64,000 nucleotides of DNA, taken from assembly GCA_965153285.1 (NCBI GenBank), contig OZ229114.1; one strand, given 5' to 3'. This DNA is from Podarcis tiliguerta. Lineage: Eukaryota. Each line of letters starts with the position of its first letter. The first letter of the stretch is position 1. This document shows positions 27,701 through 40,339 of this stretch, piece by piece. The position numbers were made by a program, and so were the translations under genes. The notes beneath the pieces were generated by a model. The model was given only the letters and a program-made list of their open reading frames with translations. It did no database searches and was not told the origin of the DNA.

Positions 27701-30688
27701 CTGGGTATCAATAATAAATTGTTATGATTATTAATATATTGTGTCCTCCCCCCTTGCCTTCCCTTTTGTGCGCTTGCCAGGCTCAAAGCCCACCCAACCC
27801 GCTTTAAGGGCAGTCTCTCTATTCCCGCTGACCCAAGGTCACCCCAGGCATTGGTTTCTCCATTTCCTCCCTCTGCATCCCTCCACAAAAAAAGCTGCCT
27901 GTACGGGTGTCGTTAATACCGCTCAGAGCACTTGGCATCTATGCATTGCTTTGCAAGCAGCCTTCCCCAGCCTGGTGCCCTCCAGAAAGTTTGGGCTACA
28001 ACTCCTACCCTCCCTGACCATTGGCCATGCAGGCTGGAGGGGGGGGGGGGTAAGGCGTCCCTGCTGGTAAACGGGCTCCAAGCTTTTATAAGAATTTATA
28101 TACGGATAGCAACACCTTAAACTGGGCCCGGTAGCCAAATTGGCAACCAGTGCAGGTTTCTGAGGAGAGGTGTTGTATGCATGCATGCATGGTCTCATTC
28201 CTTTCAGCAATCCTGCTGCAGCATTTTGCAGTCATAGAAGCTTCTGGTCCAAGCACAAGGGACGTCCCGTATAGAGTGCATTGCAGTAATCCAGGCTTGA
28301 AGTAGCTAATACAAGAACTACTGTGGTGGTAGTTTACCAGTTGCAGCTAGTAAAAGGTCTTCTAGCCACCAAGGGCTCATTCATACTTCTGCTTGTTCTC
28401 TGCTTTCTAGGCACAGGTTCAAGCTGTTTTGCCTTTGCCATGCTGCTTCCTCCCTGTGGAACACACTGCCAGTGGAAATTCAGTGGGCGCCTTTTGTAAC
28501 AACTTTCAAATGCCTGTCAGGCCTATGCAGGCAATTAAGAGTACATCCCCCATAATTGTCTACTGAAGTTTGTTTTTAATTATTTTCCTTTTAGCTTGTT
28601 TTCCTTTTTTATTATTTTATTGTATGGTTTAACATTTTTATATTGTTGTAAACCACTGTGACATTTCTATGATACAATGGTATATAATTTTTTTTTTTTT
28701 TCAAATAGCACTCCCTGCCTTGCTTCTCTGAGTGTTCAGATAGTTGTCCAAGGCTGCAGTCCTAACTCCCATTTACCTGGAATAAGTCCCATGGAATTCA
28801 GCGGGACTTCTGAGTAGATAGGGTTAGAATTGTGCTACAAACGTTGTAAAGTGCTGTTCATCATGTCACTGCTTCTCACTGAAGTTGGAGCTATCACAAC
28901 GCAGGTTAATAGTACTGTGGTCCTGGCTCTTTTAACTCAGCTTTTTAAAGAAACTCAGAAAGCAGGTAGAGAATGTCATACAATGCCTATGCACTTGGCA
29001 CATCTTAGCTAAGCAGCCTGGCAGCATAGGACACTGGTGATATGTGAGGTCTGTCACGTTCTTGATGAATCCAATTTTTGCGACCCTGAGCAGGGAACAA
29101 GAATTGTGACTACAATGCACCTGACAGGCCACAGCTTATTGATAATATTCTGTATATGGCTTGACGGCTTCAGCTTTTGGCTGTATGTGGCATACTAGCT
29201 ATGGATGCTTGACCACTTTCTGGCAGATAAATAGTACCTCTTGTAGTCTACTGGCCTTACATTTGATTTGTATTTGCTTCTATGTAAATGTTCCTATTTA
29301 AGAAAAGAGAAGACTTAAGAGTGGTAAACTTTAAGTCAATATATAATATTGAGTGATGTAATTGGCTCAGCTTTAATGAAACTACAGTATTCTCCTTTTC
29401 ACTGAAGAGCTAGAAGAGGCAATTAGCTGTTTGTTGACATTCCCATTATGTTATGGACAAACATTTAGAGCTAAGTTAACTCAGTTGTTTTGAATGTAAG
29501 AAGAAACACTGAGATAATGTAAATTTCCTTCTGTCTTCTCAAATATCCTTGTTGTGGGCTTTGGTGCTCTTCGCGGGGGGGGGGCATTTTCCACCGAAAA
29601 AGCTATTTTTAGTACCAGAAGTTCTGCTTATAGTAAATTAAGCACTGTTGAAAGAGGGGGAAATGACGCATGTTATGAGAAAAAGATAAAAAGGTTGTGT
29701 TTAGTTGACACAAAAGTTTAGGAAATATGTTTGGGCATCAGGATTCAGTCTCTGTGTGGAATTGCTTTGCATTAGTTCAGAATGCAAAATTATCAGTCTT
29801 GTTGGTTGCAGGGAGTGAAGGAGGACCATAGAGCAGGGTATGTAGTAAAGTGACAATAGATGAATAATTCTGATCAATAAGTACTTATAAGAAATGCAGG
29901 CATACTATATCCACAGGGCAAATAATCAATTTGACCCAAATACCAAGTTGACTGCCGTGTGCCTCTCTCCAGTTATTCTCTTCTGTTGCAGTAGGCTCTA
30001 TGCTAGCCTACGGCTTGAAGCCATTGATGTGTTTTAATTGCAATCATTAGTTGGAGCATAAGCTGTATGGAAGCAGAGTGGAAAGTGAGAGCAAAGACTC
30101 TTAATAGGTGCCTTCTTTGTTTTTCTTGGTCTTCAGCTCCTTCCACGTATGTGAGATTTGGTTGGAACTCCATCCACATTGTATGACTTTTTTGTACTGC
30201 CTCTGTCCCATCTGTGGTGTAGTACATTTTTGTATCAATATCATATATGAAGGTAATGCATTCTCATGTTTTATCTGGAGGATCCATTCTAAGGGCAATG
30301 CCCACAGGTCCCCAAAATTATGTAGTTCTGGGTCCATGTATCAGATCTGGCTCCTGGCAAGAGTTTGTACCTGAAGAAGGGCTGAAACATTTTGTGTGTG
30401 TTCAACTGATGCACGAGTCCTTTATGACCCAGAAAAGGGTAGAACAAGGGGTGTAGCAGGCTTATGCATGCTCCGCCAACACATGCAGGAGCCAGGAATG
30501 GAATCCCCATGCAAATTAGTTGCCAACTCTGTTTGTAAAGGCAGTAGTAGAAAGCAGCATTTTCACAGTGCAAGGCCTATGAATTCAGGTGATGTTTGCA
30601 GTTTGCAATTCCCTCTAGTATCCAGAACTTAGCAGCTGTAATTCTTGCTTGGTGCGTCTAAGGCTGAGGACATTCTGCAGGCTTCATA

Positions 30689-30903
30689 CAGTGGTACCTC
30701 GTTTTGAGTCTGCCGCATCGAGTGTCCGTTTTGTTGAACATCTGCAGCAAACCCGGAAGTACCAGAACAGGTTACTTCCGGGTTTGCCGCATGAGCAGAA
30801 GCGCAAACCGCTGAGTGCGCAGAGCGGCGCTTTGCCGTGTGTCCTTTTCGTCTAGTGTCCGGGGCTCCAGAACGGATCCTGGTCGCAAAACAAGGTACGA
30901 CTG
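30689..30903. mobile_element. Tigger-like MITE
   Basis: TA|CAGTGGTACCTCGTTTTG...CAAAACAAGGTACGACTG|TA; internal palindrome GCAAACCCGGAAGTA/TACTTCCGGGTTTGC. Confidence 0.88.
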
Positions 30904-31113
30904 TAGTGGTATAGACTGTTTTTAAATACTGTATATCTTAAGATGGGAACAGTGCTTCTGATGACTGCAGTTCCTTGATAGCAAGTAGGAATAAAGACGC
31001 ATGAGCTGGACACATCAATAGTCTTGCCACTTTGCCAGTTAAACACAATATGAAAACACCCTTTTATAAGAACTTTCTCTTTCCTTTCTTTTGTCATAGG
31101 TGAAACAGGCAAA

Positions 31114-31275
31114 ATGGTACATGCTGAAGCCTTCTCTCGTCCTCTTAGTCGGAATGAAGTTGTAGGTTTAATTTTCCGATTGACAATATTTGGTGCTGTG
31201 ACCTATTTTACTATTAAGTGGATGGTAGATGCAATCGATCCAACAAGGAAGCAAAAAGTAGAAGCTCAGAAACAG
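31114..31275 (+). CDS. ATAD1: ATAD1 coding exon 1 (exon starts at 31100)
   Basis: tttgtcatag acceptor; MVHAEAF...EAQKQ|gtagg. Confidence 0.97.
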
Positions 31276-34200
31276 GTAGGAGCATATAATAAAATATTTC
31301 TTTGTAAATATCAATTATTCAGAATGTTCATTTTGGAGCATAAAAGCCAAGTGGGAAGGCCAAGTGCTCAAGGACATTTCCTAAATCCTTATTGTTGTCA
31401 TTAATGGCTGCTAATATTTAGACTGGGAACTAAATCTGGCCAATGGTGGGCCATTTTTAGAGGTACAAACTAGTCAATCATCTGATGTCACTGTGGTGTC
31501 AAGTGACTAATTTTCCTATGTGCTGTGGTGAATTAAGCCACGCTAGAAAGGAAAATCCAAGCCCAAACAAACAGGGCTTTAAAGTGACTGCCAGTGTTAC
31601 GCTCCACTTCTTGCTAGATCTCACAAAGCTTAAAGTCAGTACCTGTCAGCTGAGAAGTTTGGAGCCTGGACCTACTCTCACTCACCTTTCACATCCCTGG
31701 CCTAGGATTTTTTTAAGGAAGAGGGTAAGCAGTAAGGCACTTGCCTGCTTTCCAGCTTGACTTTCAAATTTGCCCTGAGCAAGTGGTGGCAAAGCAATCA
31801 ACCCCTCGCCCCTTTACCAGGTCAGTCAAGCCACCTTTTGCTATGCCCACTGCTCAGCATGGTCTGAGACGCGAGAGCACATTTGATTTGTTGCCCCCCT
31901 TCAAGCTTCTGGAAAGTACTTGCCACATTTTTTGGATTTGCATCACTAAAGGCGGAAGAAGGAAGGAAAAGCAGAAGCCAATTTTACACGCACACAGTGC
32001 CTTTGCTAGAAGCCTGATCTGCTTTCCCGTGAATCACTTCCCTCTTTTCTAATCCACACACAAAAAAATCACGAACCTGCATATGCACACCATCTAACTG
32101 ATACAAAATCAGCTGAGGAGCAGGAAGAGGTGTGTGCACATTCACATGTAAGTGTGAAGTGGCTTCACCCACCATGGACATGTGACCGACGGCCAACTAG
32201 CCATGAGTGAGTGAAGCCCTAGGGCTATAAATGGTCCTAGGCTCCTGGGCTAGTTAGATATATAGGAAGAGGAGTCAGACCATTGATCCATCTATCTTAG
32301 CATTGTGTGCTGACTGGCAGTGTCCTTTCATACAGGAGTCTTCCCAGTCCTACCTGGCGATACCAGGGATTGAACCCAGGACATTCTTCACACAAAGCAC
32401 TTGCTCTGCCACTGTACCCCTTACCCAAGCGTTGATTTACGTCTGCCCTGCATCAGTTGGTCTTCTTACGTGGTTGTTGCATTGTTCCTTTTTTGAAACC
32501 ACAGGTGTGGGTTTTTTTTGCTGAGGAAATATTATTTCCCCCAATAGTGTATGTTGCTGTTTTAATTCCTGCATGAAAGTCAGCTGAGTTTTTTGTCACA
32601 GCATCTCCCTCGAATATTGTTCGTAAACAGGGCAATGGAAATTTGCATCAAGGCTGTCCCTCCCCCTTCCCCCCCCCTTCCTGCCCCAATCTGTTATGTT
32701 TTGATAGGATGTTGTGCTGCTGCCTTACTCTAACAGTAGTAAAATGCAATTGGGGCTTGCCTTCATTTATCACAGAGGAAGACCCTGAGACACTGGCCTC
32801 GTTCTGTTTACTTAACCTGTTGAACAATTATCAAATAACAGAGGAGTCACATTTTAACTAAAAGGGGTGGGGGTGAAGTCATGCCACATTCAAACAGGTG
32901 AAAAATTTTGACGGTTCTGTGTAAAGATCTTCGAATTTCAATTCTTTGGCTGTCTGTGTTTTCAAGTAACAGCACACCTCCAAATTATTAACTTTAAAAA
33001 GTGAACGGTGTAATGTTACTGAATGTTAACTTTTTAAAAAAATCTCTTTATAGGCAGAAAAGTTAATGAAGCAAATAGGCGTGAAAAATGTGAAGCTTAC
33101 AGAGTATGAAATGAGCATTGCTGCACATCTCGTAGACCCTCTTAGCATGCACGTAAGCATCTCTCTTTCTCACTTTTTCTTACTCATTTAGAAAAATGGT
33201 GCTTCGGGGAGATAGTAAAGTGTAGTATTTGGGATAAAACTTTGTAAAATGCAGCTGCTGTTACTCATGCAGGGATTACACTCTAATAAATTAAGAGTCT
33301 TCCTAACTTAGGAAACTTCCAAGTGTTCCTGACTGTTTTCTAGCAGGAAATCATCTTCTATGTTTTCCAGAACAAGACGTGGGTCAGGAGACTTTACTTC
33401 AGGGCCAACTATAATCTGCTTTGCATATCACAAAACTAATTATAATTGCAGTCAGATCTGTACAATACAGATAATGTGATCCTATTCATGTTTACTCGGA
33501 AGTTAGCCACACTTAATTCAATGAGATGATTTAGGATTGCATCTTAAATTGACTTAAAACATGATAATCAAAAAAGTAATACCACAGATCTTACTGTGGC
33601 TCCACTCTTATCTGCTATATCTGAATACGCACAATTACAGATAGCCATAAACTTCTTTAGCTGAGAATGTGACTGTTTTCTTACTTGATGATGACTCTTT
33701 AATATTGTATTTGTGCCTCAGGTAACATGGAATGACATTGCAGGTTTAGACGAAGTTATTACAGACCTGAAGGACACAGTAATTTTGCCAATCAGGAAGA
33801 AACATCTGTTTCAGAACTCCAGACTCTTACAGCCACCGAAAGGTAAGTATGGAGAGGTCATAGAGGATGTTTCTTGAAACTGGCCATGGTAGATTTCACC
33901 TGCATTCTCATCTTAATAAACGAAGACATGAACAAGCCTTTTCAAGCACACACATAGAGCCCATTTTCAGAGCAAGTGAGCAAATGAATCGGGAAGTCTT
34001 CTCTTAACTACAATTTTCTTTCTTCCGAACCAGGAATCTGGTTAATAGCTTTGGCATGAGCCATGATTACCAAGCCATTATTATGATTAACACTTGCACT
34101 GATTGTACATAAATTAAAAGGTAAGATAGACCCTTCCTGCAGGCTAGTAATCCAATAGACATACAAAAGGAAAAAGAATGGGAAAGGAAGAGAAAAGCAG

Positions 34201-37200
34201 GCACTAGAGCAGCTGTTTTTTCACTGGCCGGTGGAGTGATTGTTCTGCCCCTTGCCATGATATTCTTCCGGAGAGGCAGGGGCTAAGATTTCAAATATTC
34301 AATTAGTAGTAATCAAAAGGTTTAAAAGATGTTTCCTTAACAAAAAGCAAGAACCCTTTATGTTGAGAGTTGCAGGACCTGTATTTCTTCAGGTGTTGCT
34401 AGACTACATTTCCCATCACCCCAGGCTGGCTGGGGCTGATGGGAGTTCCAGTATAGGAATATCTGGAGAGCCGCAGGATCCTCTATTACTCTATGTAAAC
34501 AGAAGAATGCAGATTGAAACATTACTACCATTTCCTATGAACCTTGGTGAAACTAAGGCACAACACTATGTGCATTTACATGAGAGCAACTTCCGGTAAA
34601 CTCAGTGGGATTTATTTCCAAATACACCTTTAAATGCTAAGCTATATGGAACCAGTGCTCTTTAACTTTCAGCTGAACAGATCTTAGTGACAGTTTATGC
34701 CTCTGTTGCTGCCTTTTTTCTTCCATTGAGATCACTTTTGCTTTTACCAGAAAGATTGTAGCCTGGACAAAGTAACATGTTCAGGATTCATTGAGAATGG
34801 GAGCCATATATGAATGGCGGTGCAAATCTTGAGTATCCAAAGGCACTTAGGAGCAATCTTATTCATAGCAAATGTGACTCTGTTGGTGTTCTTGCTGTGT
34901 CTGTCAAACCAAGCGGCAATAAAATGTTAACAATGTGTTGCTTTTTAGGAGTACTTCTCTACGGCCCTCCAGGCTGTGGTAAAACCTTGATTGCCAAAGC
35001 TACAGCAAAGGAAGCAGGCTGCCGATTTATTAATCTTCAACCCTCCACACTGACAGACAAATGGTACGGGGAGTCTCAGAAGCTGGCTGCAGCTGTTTTT
35101 TCTCTTGCTATGAAGCTTCAACCTTCCATCATCTTTATTGATGAAATAGGTAAAATGCGTACTTTCTGTATGTAGTCATAGGAAAATATAATTGCATTGA
35201 AGTTTTAAAAATGAAATGAATTTCATCAGGTATGCATGCCTTATTTGGCAAAGTATCAATGTTAAGAAGGCAGTCACTCTGAAAAGAAGGAAATGCTTGG
35301 TAGCACAAGTTTAACTTGGTTGTAGCCAAAGATCTTTATTGCTAATGCCAAATATATGTGTACTCAGTATCTGGTGTTTACTGCAGGAAGAAATTGAAAG
35401 GTTTTCTGCTTTCATTTGGATGCAGATATTGATGATGTAACAGAGTTATCTCACCCACTTCAACCTTCATTTACACTCACTATGAAGCTCCAAATTTCAA
35501 AAGTAATGTACAAATTAAACCTCTTTAAATTTTTGCGTATTTTAATTGTTTAGCTCTTAATTTATTATTTACATATTGTCAATTTGGCTATACCAGGAGC
35601 TGAACAATTAAAATATGGTGGGGAGGGGGAATTAAAGTAACGTTTGCCTAATGTTGCACTTAGGTGTGAATATTATATGTTGTATGCCACTTAATTCTTA
35701 CAAGAGTGAGGCAGGAGGCATGCTAGAGGGGGGAGAATTCTGGATCAAGCAAATACAATTTATTTGCCCAGAAGAAATCAACAATAGTTTGTGTTAATCA
35801 GTTTAGTACTGTACATTTGCATACTTCATTCTTTGTTGAACTTGCACTTTTTCATTCACTTTTTAAAATAGTAGTTGAGTGTTGGCAGATGAATGTATTG
35901 TTTAGGAAAAATAGTTGGAGGTGATGCTACTTAGAAGATATGACAGATTCTTCTTTTTTATGATGGCACATCCAGTTCTCTGAGAGACTAATCCTTTTCA
36001 TCTAGAAAAATGAACAGTATTAGGCGAGGCAGCTTGTATTGCAGGATCTGAACAAAATTCGCTTAGTTTGACATTCCTTGCAGTCTTCTCTCCATTCTTC
36101 CCATATCATAGTCAGAAGTAGTTTACTCTATGGCAAGAGAGGAACTGTGGGCTTCTTGCTTGAGAAACACCAACCAAGACACCCCCCCCTAAAGTATATA
36201 GAACTAGTTGTATGGTTTCTGGGAATCGTCTAGTGTTATGTAGTTGGTGCATGTTTATTCAATAATGTTCAATACAACAGCGGTAGCCAGAATAATAAGA
36301 TAAAATAGCCATGACCACACACTTAATTCAAACGCTCCCTTAAAATTCAGATTCCTTTCTACGAAGTCGTTCAAGTTCCGATCATGAAGCCACAGCTATG
36401 ATGAAAGCCCAGTTCATGAGTCTCTGGGATGGCCTGGACACCGACTATAACTGCCAAGTAAGTAATAATTTTTAAGAGAAAAGGGCAGAAATTTATATGC
36501 ATAAAAAGGCCAGGACAATTTAAATGCTGAAGAGCAAGGACATGCAAAATTCATCTGTTTCTGCTAGCTGTAGCTAAACTGGTATTTTATTTTACCTTTT
36601 TGCCGTTATTTGAGCTCTCTTTTCCTTGAGATCAAGGAATTAACACCAAGGTTCACTTTCCCATGTGGAGGTTTTAAAAGTTGGACAGGAATGCCCCTCT
36701 CAAGGCAGCTACACAAGGCAGGCTCCTGGGATTTTGGCTTCAGTATCCTGTAGACGGCCACAATCTTTCCTGAGATGATTGTCATATTGAGTATTTAATT
36801 GGATTCACTCTTACTTGGCTTGGTCGTGTGTGTAAGGAAGCCTTACTTCATTCAGAAAAAGGGTAGATGACTCTGGCAGTTGAGATCTGTATTTCTGAAG
36901 CATCTCAGATTAAGAAACTTGAGGTGGTGATCTCATAACCACAGAATTTTGTGGTTGCCACCACAGAGATCAGAGAGGGACAAGGCCTCAAGTCAGCTTT
37001 GCAGGAGGAAAATTGGCGTGCAAGTTACAGATAAAGCCTCTCTGTCCAATATAGGCTTACAATAGGAAGCCTCCAAAATTTCAATGAGATCTCATATACT
37101 CAGAGGCTCTGGTGATATCTTTGGCTCCCACTACTAATGACTAGTGTTGTCCTGTTGGCAGGCCAGTATCTCACTTTCTCCTCTGCATAAAGGGGAATTC

Positions 37201-40200
37201 TTTTGGCATGGTTTGTCTTTTCAACTCTAGAGGGCAGTCTCTCTCTCTCTCTTTCTCTCCCTCTCAGAGGAAATACAGCAATATTTCGAAACAGGGCTCC
37301 TTTACACATTGCATTTTTCTCTGTATAGGGTTGTCTGTGGCACAAATGTGTGTTTGTCTCATTGTGGGTATTGTACAAAAAGTGATGATGCTCGGAACAA
37401 ATCTAAGCTAGTGGCATTTGCAGGGCAAGGGTACAAGACTGGGAAAGCAGTATTTGAGGATGAATGTCGAACTAAATGAATTAAAAAGAAACCCCCACTC
37501 CACAAAAAGTCTTAGTATTTATGCTTGGTCAAGTTCAAGTTTGGGAAATGGTCGCTGGGAAACACGTAACCTAGAATGGTTAAATATTACTTTGCATCAG
37601 TTGTAGATGTTGAACATTATAACTTTTCATTAGAGCTATTTTATGTCTCTGAAACCACATGCAACTTTGAAAGTGCGACAATTGACTCCAGATACCAGTT
37701 TTGTTACTAACAGATAACTTTTGGGGTGGAAGGCTTCTAAGAGTATTCCCCAGCAATTTATTGATGGCATCTTTAATCAGCCTGTTTCTTTCATTGTTTA
37801 GAGGAAATATGGTGGTGTTTTCTCAGGTTTTTGAGTCTGACCTATTTTGCTTCATATTGGGCAGGAGAGCTTTTAAAACCAATTACACCAAAGCACTTTA
37901 GTACTTGGGGAGAATTCTGGAATATATTATGGAACATACTGCTTCATAAAGTACATTGAGCTGAGCCAAACCTTTTAGAATCTCGATTGCCATGCCAAAA
38001 TTTGCATCTTCAGCTGCGGTGAACTTTTTTTGTCTTTCAAAACAGGAAGTGTATCTCTACTTTTCACCCAAATCCTGGGCACTAATCACTTTTGGTTTTA
38101 AATACTCGTGGGAGCTATATATTCCCTGAGCTTGTCTGGCCTGTGTTGACTTCTGATTCTGATTCATCTTGCAACAAAAAACCTTTCTGCTCTTCCTTCC
38201 TTTTTTGACTTCTTTTAGGTGATAGTGATGGGAGCTACCAATCGCCCTCAGGATCTTGACTCAGCTATTATGAGAAGAATGCCCACACGATTTCATGTCA
38301 ATCAACCTGTAAGTCATAGAAGATTCACAGCCATGAATTGTATGGCCTGACTCCTCAGTTATCTGTTGACCATTATTATTTATTATTTATAGCTACTTTT
38401 CTGACCAAAGGATCCCTAAGACAGTATACAATATACTGATAAAAATGTAATACAATCTAGGAGTTTAAAAAGGTTAAAGTTCCTTCCCCTGGAGTTTATT
38501 GTCCCAGCCAGTCCCAGTTCTTCCTTGAAGAGGGAAGGGAACTTTGGGCGCTGCTAATGGGGGGAGAGTAAAAGCCTATTGCTTCAAGGGGTAGTCCTCA
38601 CTTACTTTTGAAGATTGTGAATACATGACCACTCTGCTGTCCTTCTGTAGCCCCAGTGACACAAATGGGAATTGCACAAGCATGATGCCGTGTCATTACA
38701 GCACATCAATTTCTGTTTATCCAAAATCAGTGAGAATGCTGACACCCTGTTCTTTGTAACAAATGTTTTGTTCTCAATTTAAAGGCACTGAAGCAGAGAG
38801 AGGCAATCTTGAAGCTGATTTTGAAGAATGAGAATGTAAGTCGGTTGTTTCTTATGCAGCAGAACTTGGAATGGTTTGCATTATTGGAAGGGCTGTAGGA
38901 TCCGTAATGGCTTCAGCCAGCTATTGCATCCCAGTCACGGTGCTTAATTTTCTCTAATGGATGCCAGTTAAGCTGAAAGGGCACAGCTTTCACTGTGGGT
39001 TATACCCATAGCCTTTTGTTGTTGCTGCTGTTTGTTAAAGTCCATGTTGGAACAGAATCGGTTGTGATAACGTTTCTTAATCCTCCTTCAATCTGAACCC
39101 CTGTTAGAACTTGGTAAAATGTTTTCAAGGCATTCATATGCTGCTGCTTGTTTGCTGGTAGGTGGACAGGCGTGTCAATCTCCTTGAAGTTGCTAAGGAA
39201 ACAGACGGGTTCTCAGGAAGCGACTTGAAGGAAATGTGCCGTGATGCCGCGCTGCTCTGCGTCAGGGAATATGTTAATTCAACATTTGAAGACAGGTAAC
39301 TTTCATTGAAACTACAGAGATTTTTAATATGATCTCTAACCCGGTGTCTATCTTTAAAGTAGTTTTTTAAAAACAGAAATAATAGACTCATAGCATTGTA
39401 GAGTGGGAAGGGGGGGGAGTACCAAGGGTCATCTAGGCCAACCTCCTGCAATGCAGGAATATTTTGCCCAGTTTGGGGCTCGAACCCAGGATCCTGAGAT
39501 TAAGAGCCTTGTGCTCTACCGACTGAGCTATCTCAGGATGTTGTATTGGAGAGTACTTCACATTTAGTTAAATGTACACAGAGTACAAAGGGACATGGCT
39601 GGCGCTGTGGGTTAAACCACAGAGCCTAGGACTTGCCGATCAGAAGGTCGGGGGTTCAAATCCCCGTGACGGGGTGAGCTCCCATTGCTCGGTCCCTGCT
39701 CCTGCCAACCTAGCAGTTCGAAAGCACGTCAAAGTGCAAGTAGAGAAATAGGTACCGCTGCAGCGGGAAGGTAAACGGCATTTCCGTTCTCTGCTCTGGT
39801 TCGCCAGAAGCAGCTTTGTCATGCTGGCCACAAGACCCGGAAGCTGTATGCCGGCTTCCTCGACCAATAAAGCGAGATGAGCGCCGCAACCCCAGAGTCG
39901 TCCACGACTGGACCTTACACAGAGTACAACAAAAATGGGAATGACATTCTTCCTATCCCTTCACTTTCCCTGTTGGGATCCGTGTGCGCCTGAGGCAGGA
40001 ACAGTGTGCACATCTCTCTGCCTATGGGAAGCAGAATATTCACTAATTCCACATTGGACTTTACAGAGAAGTTCAAAGAACAGGAAGTGAGAGTCATTCA
40101 AAGCACTCACCTTTTATATGTACCGTGTTCTTTGTGTGTTTCCTTACTGAGGATTAAACTACCATACTTGTGTTGCACAGCATTTAAATCCTCTTCACGC

Positions 40201-40339
40201 TTTTTGGGTTTTTTTTAGTAATGAAGAAGATGAAATTCGACCCGTGCAGCAGAGGGATCTGAACCGGGCAATTGAGAAGATGAGGAAGTCCAAGGATGCT
40301 ACAAATCAGAGTGTTCTAATGCACGTTAGTTTAGATTAA
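31114..40339 (+). CDS. ATAD1: ATAD1 (Msp1/thorase), outer-mitochondrial AAA+ ATPase, 361 aa; join(31114..31275,33054..33152,33722..33842,34949..35149,36351..36457,38219..38308,38785..38835,39162..39295,40219..40339)
   Basis: Nine GT-AG exons sum to 1086 nt (361 aa + stop). N-terminal TM segment [36 protein letters not shown], Walker A GPPGCGKT, pore loop KWYG, Walker [27 protein letters not shown]. Confidence 0.98.
32255..32425 (-). mobile_element. Degenerate tRNA-head SINE
   Basis: Minus strand carries an A-box-like CAGTGGCAGAGC and a B-box-like GGTTCAATCCC, followed by a CR1-like tail. Confidence 0.6.
33054..33152 (+). CDS. ATAD1: ATAD1 coding exon 2
   Basis: ag|[33 protein letters not shown]|gtaag. 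Confidence 0.97.
33722..33842 (+). CDS. ATAD1: ATAD1 coding exon 3
   Basis: cag|[41 protein letters not shown]|gtaagt. Confidence 0.97.
34949..35149 (+). CDS. ATAD1: ATAD1 coding exon 4 (Walker A/B)
   Basis: [23 protein letters not shown]...IIFIDEI|gtaaa. Confidence 0.98.
36351..36457 (+). CDS. ATAD1: ATAD1 coding exon 5
   Basis: [35 protein letters not shown]|gtaagt. Confidence 0.97.
38219..38308 (+). CDS. ATAD1: ATAD1 coding exon 6
   Basis: [30 protein letters not shown]|gtaagt. Confidence 0.97.
38785..38835 (+). CDS. ATAD1: ATAD1 coding exon 7
   Basis: [17 protein letters not shown]|gtaagt. Confidence 0.96.
39162..39295 (+). CDS. ATAD1: ATAD1 coding exon 8
   Basis: [44 protein letters not shown]|gtaac. 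Confidence 0.97.
39388..39535 (-). mobile_element. tRNA(Lys)-derived SINE with CR1-type tail (Squam2-like)
   Basis: Minus strand GATAGCTCAGTCGGTAGAGC...CTCTTAATCTCAGG...GGTTCGAGCCCC, then a CR1 3'-end-like tail. Confidence 0.8.
39589..39915 (+). mobile_element. Sauria/Squam1 SINE, 3'-truncated
   Basis: GGCGCTGTGGGTTAAACCACAGAGCCTAGGACTTGCCGATCAGAAGG head; 14-bp TSD TACACAGAGTACAA (39575-39588, 39916-39929). Confidence 0.93.
40219..40339 (+). CDS. ATAD1: ATAD1 last coding exon
   Basis: [39 protein letters not shown]. Confidence 0.97.

Noticed and set aside
39465-39535. tRNA-Lys-like sequence (also tRNA-like heads at ~50000-50048 and 55078-55150)
   Set aside because: Degenerate stems, mostly fused to SINE/LINE-derived bodies; these are SINE heads or relics, not tRNA genes.
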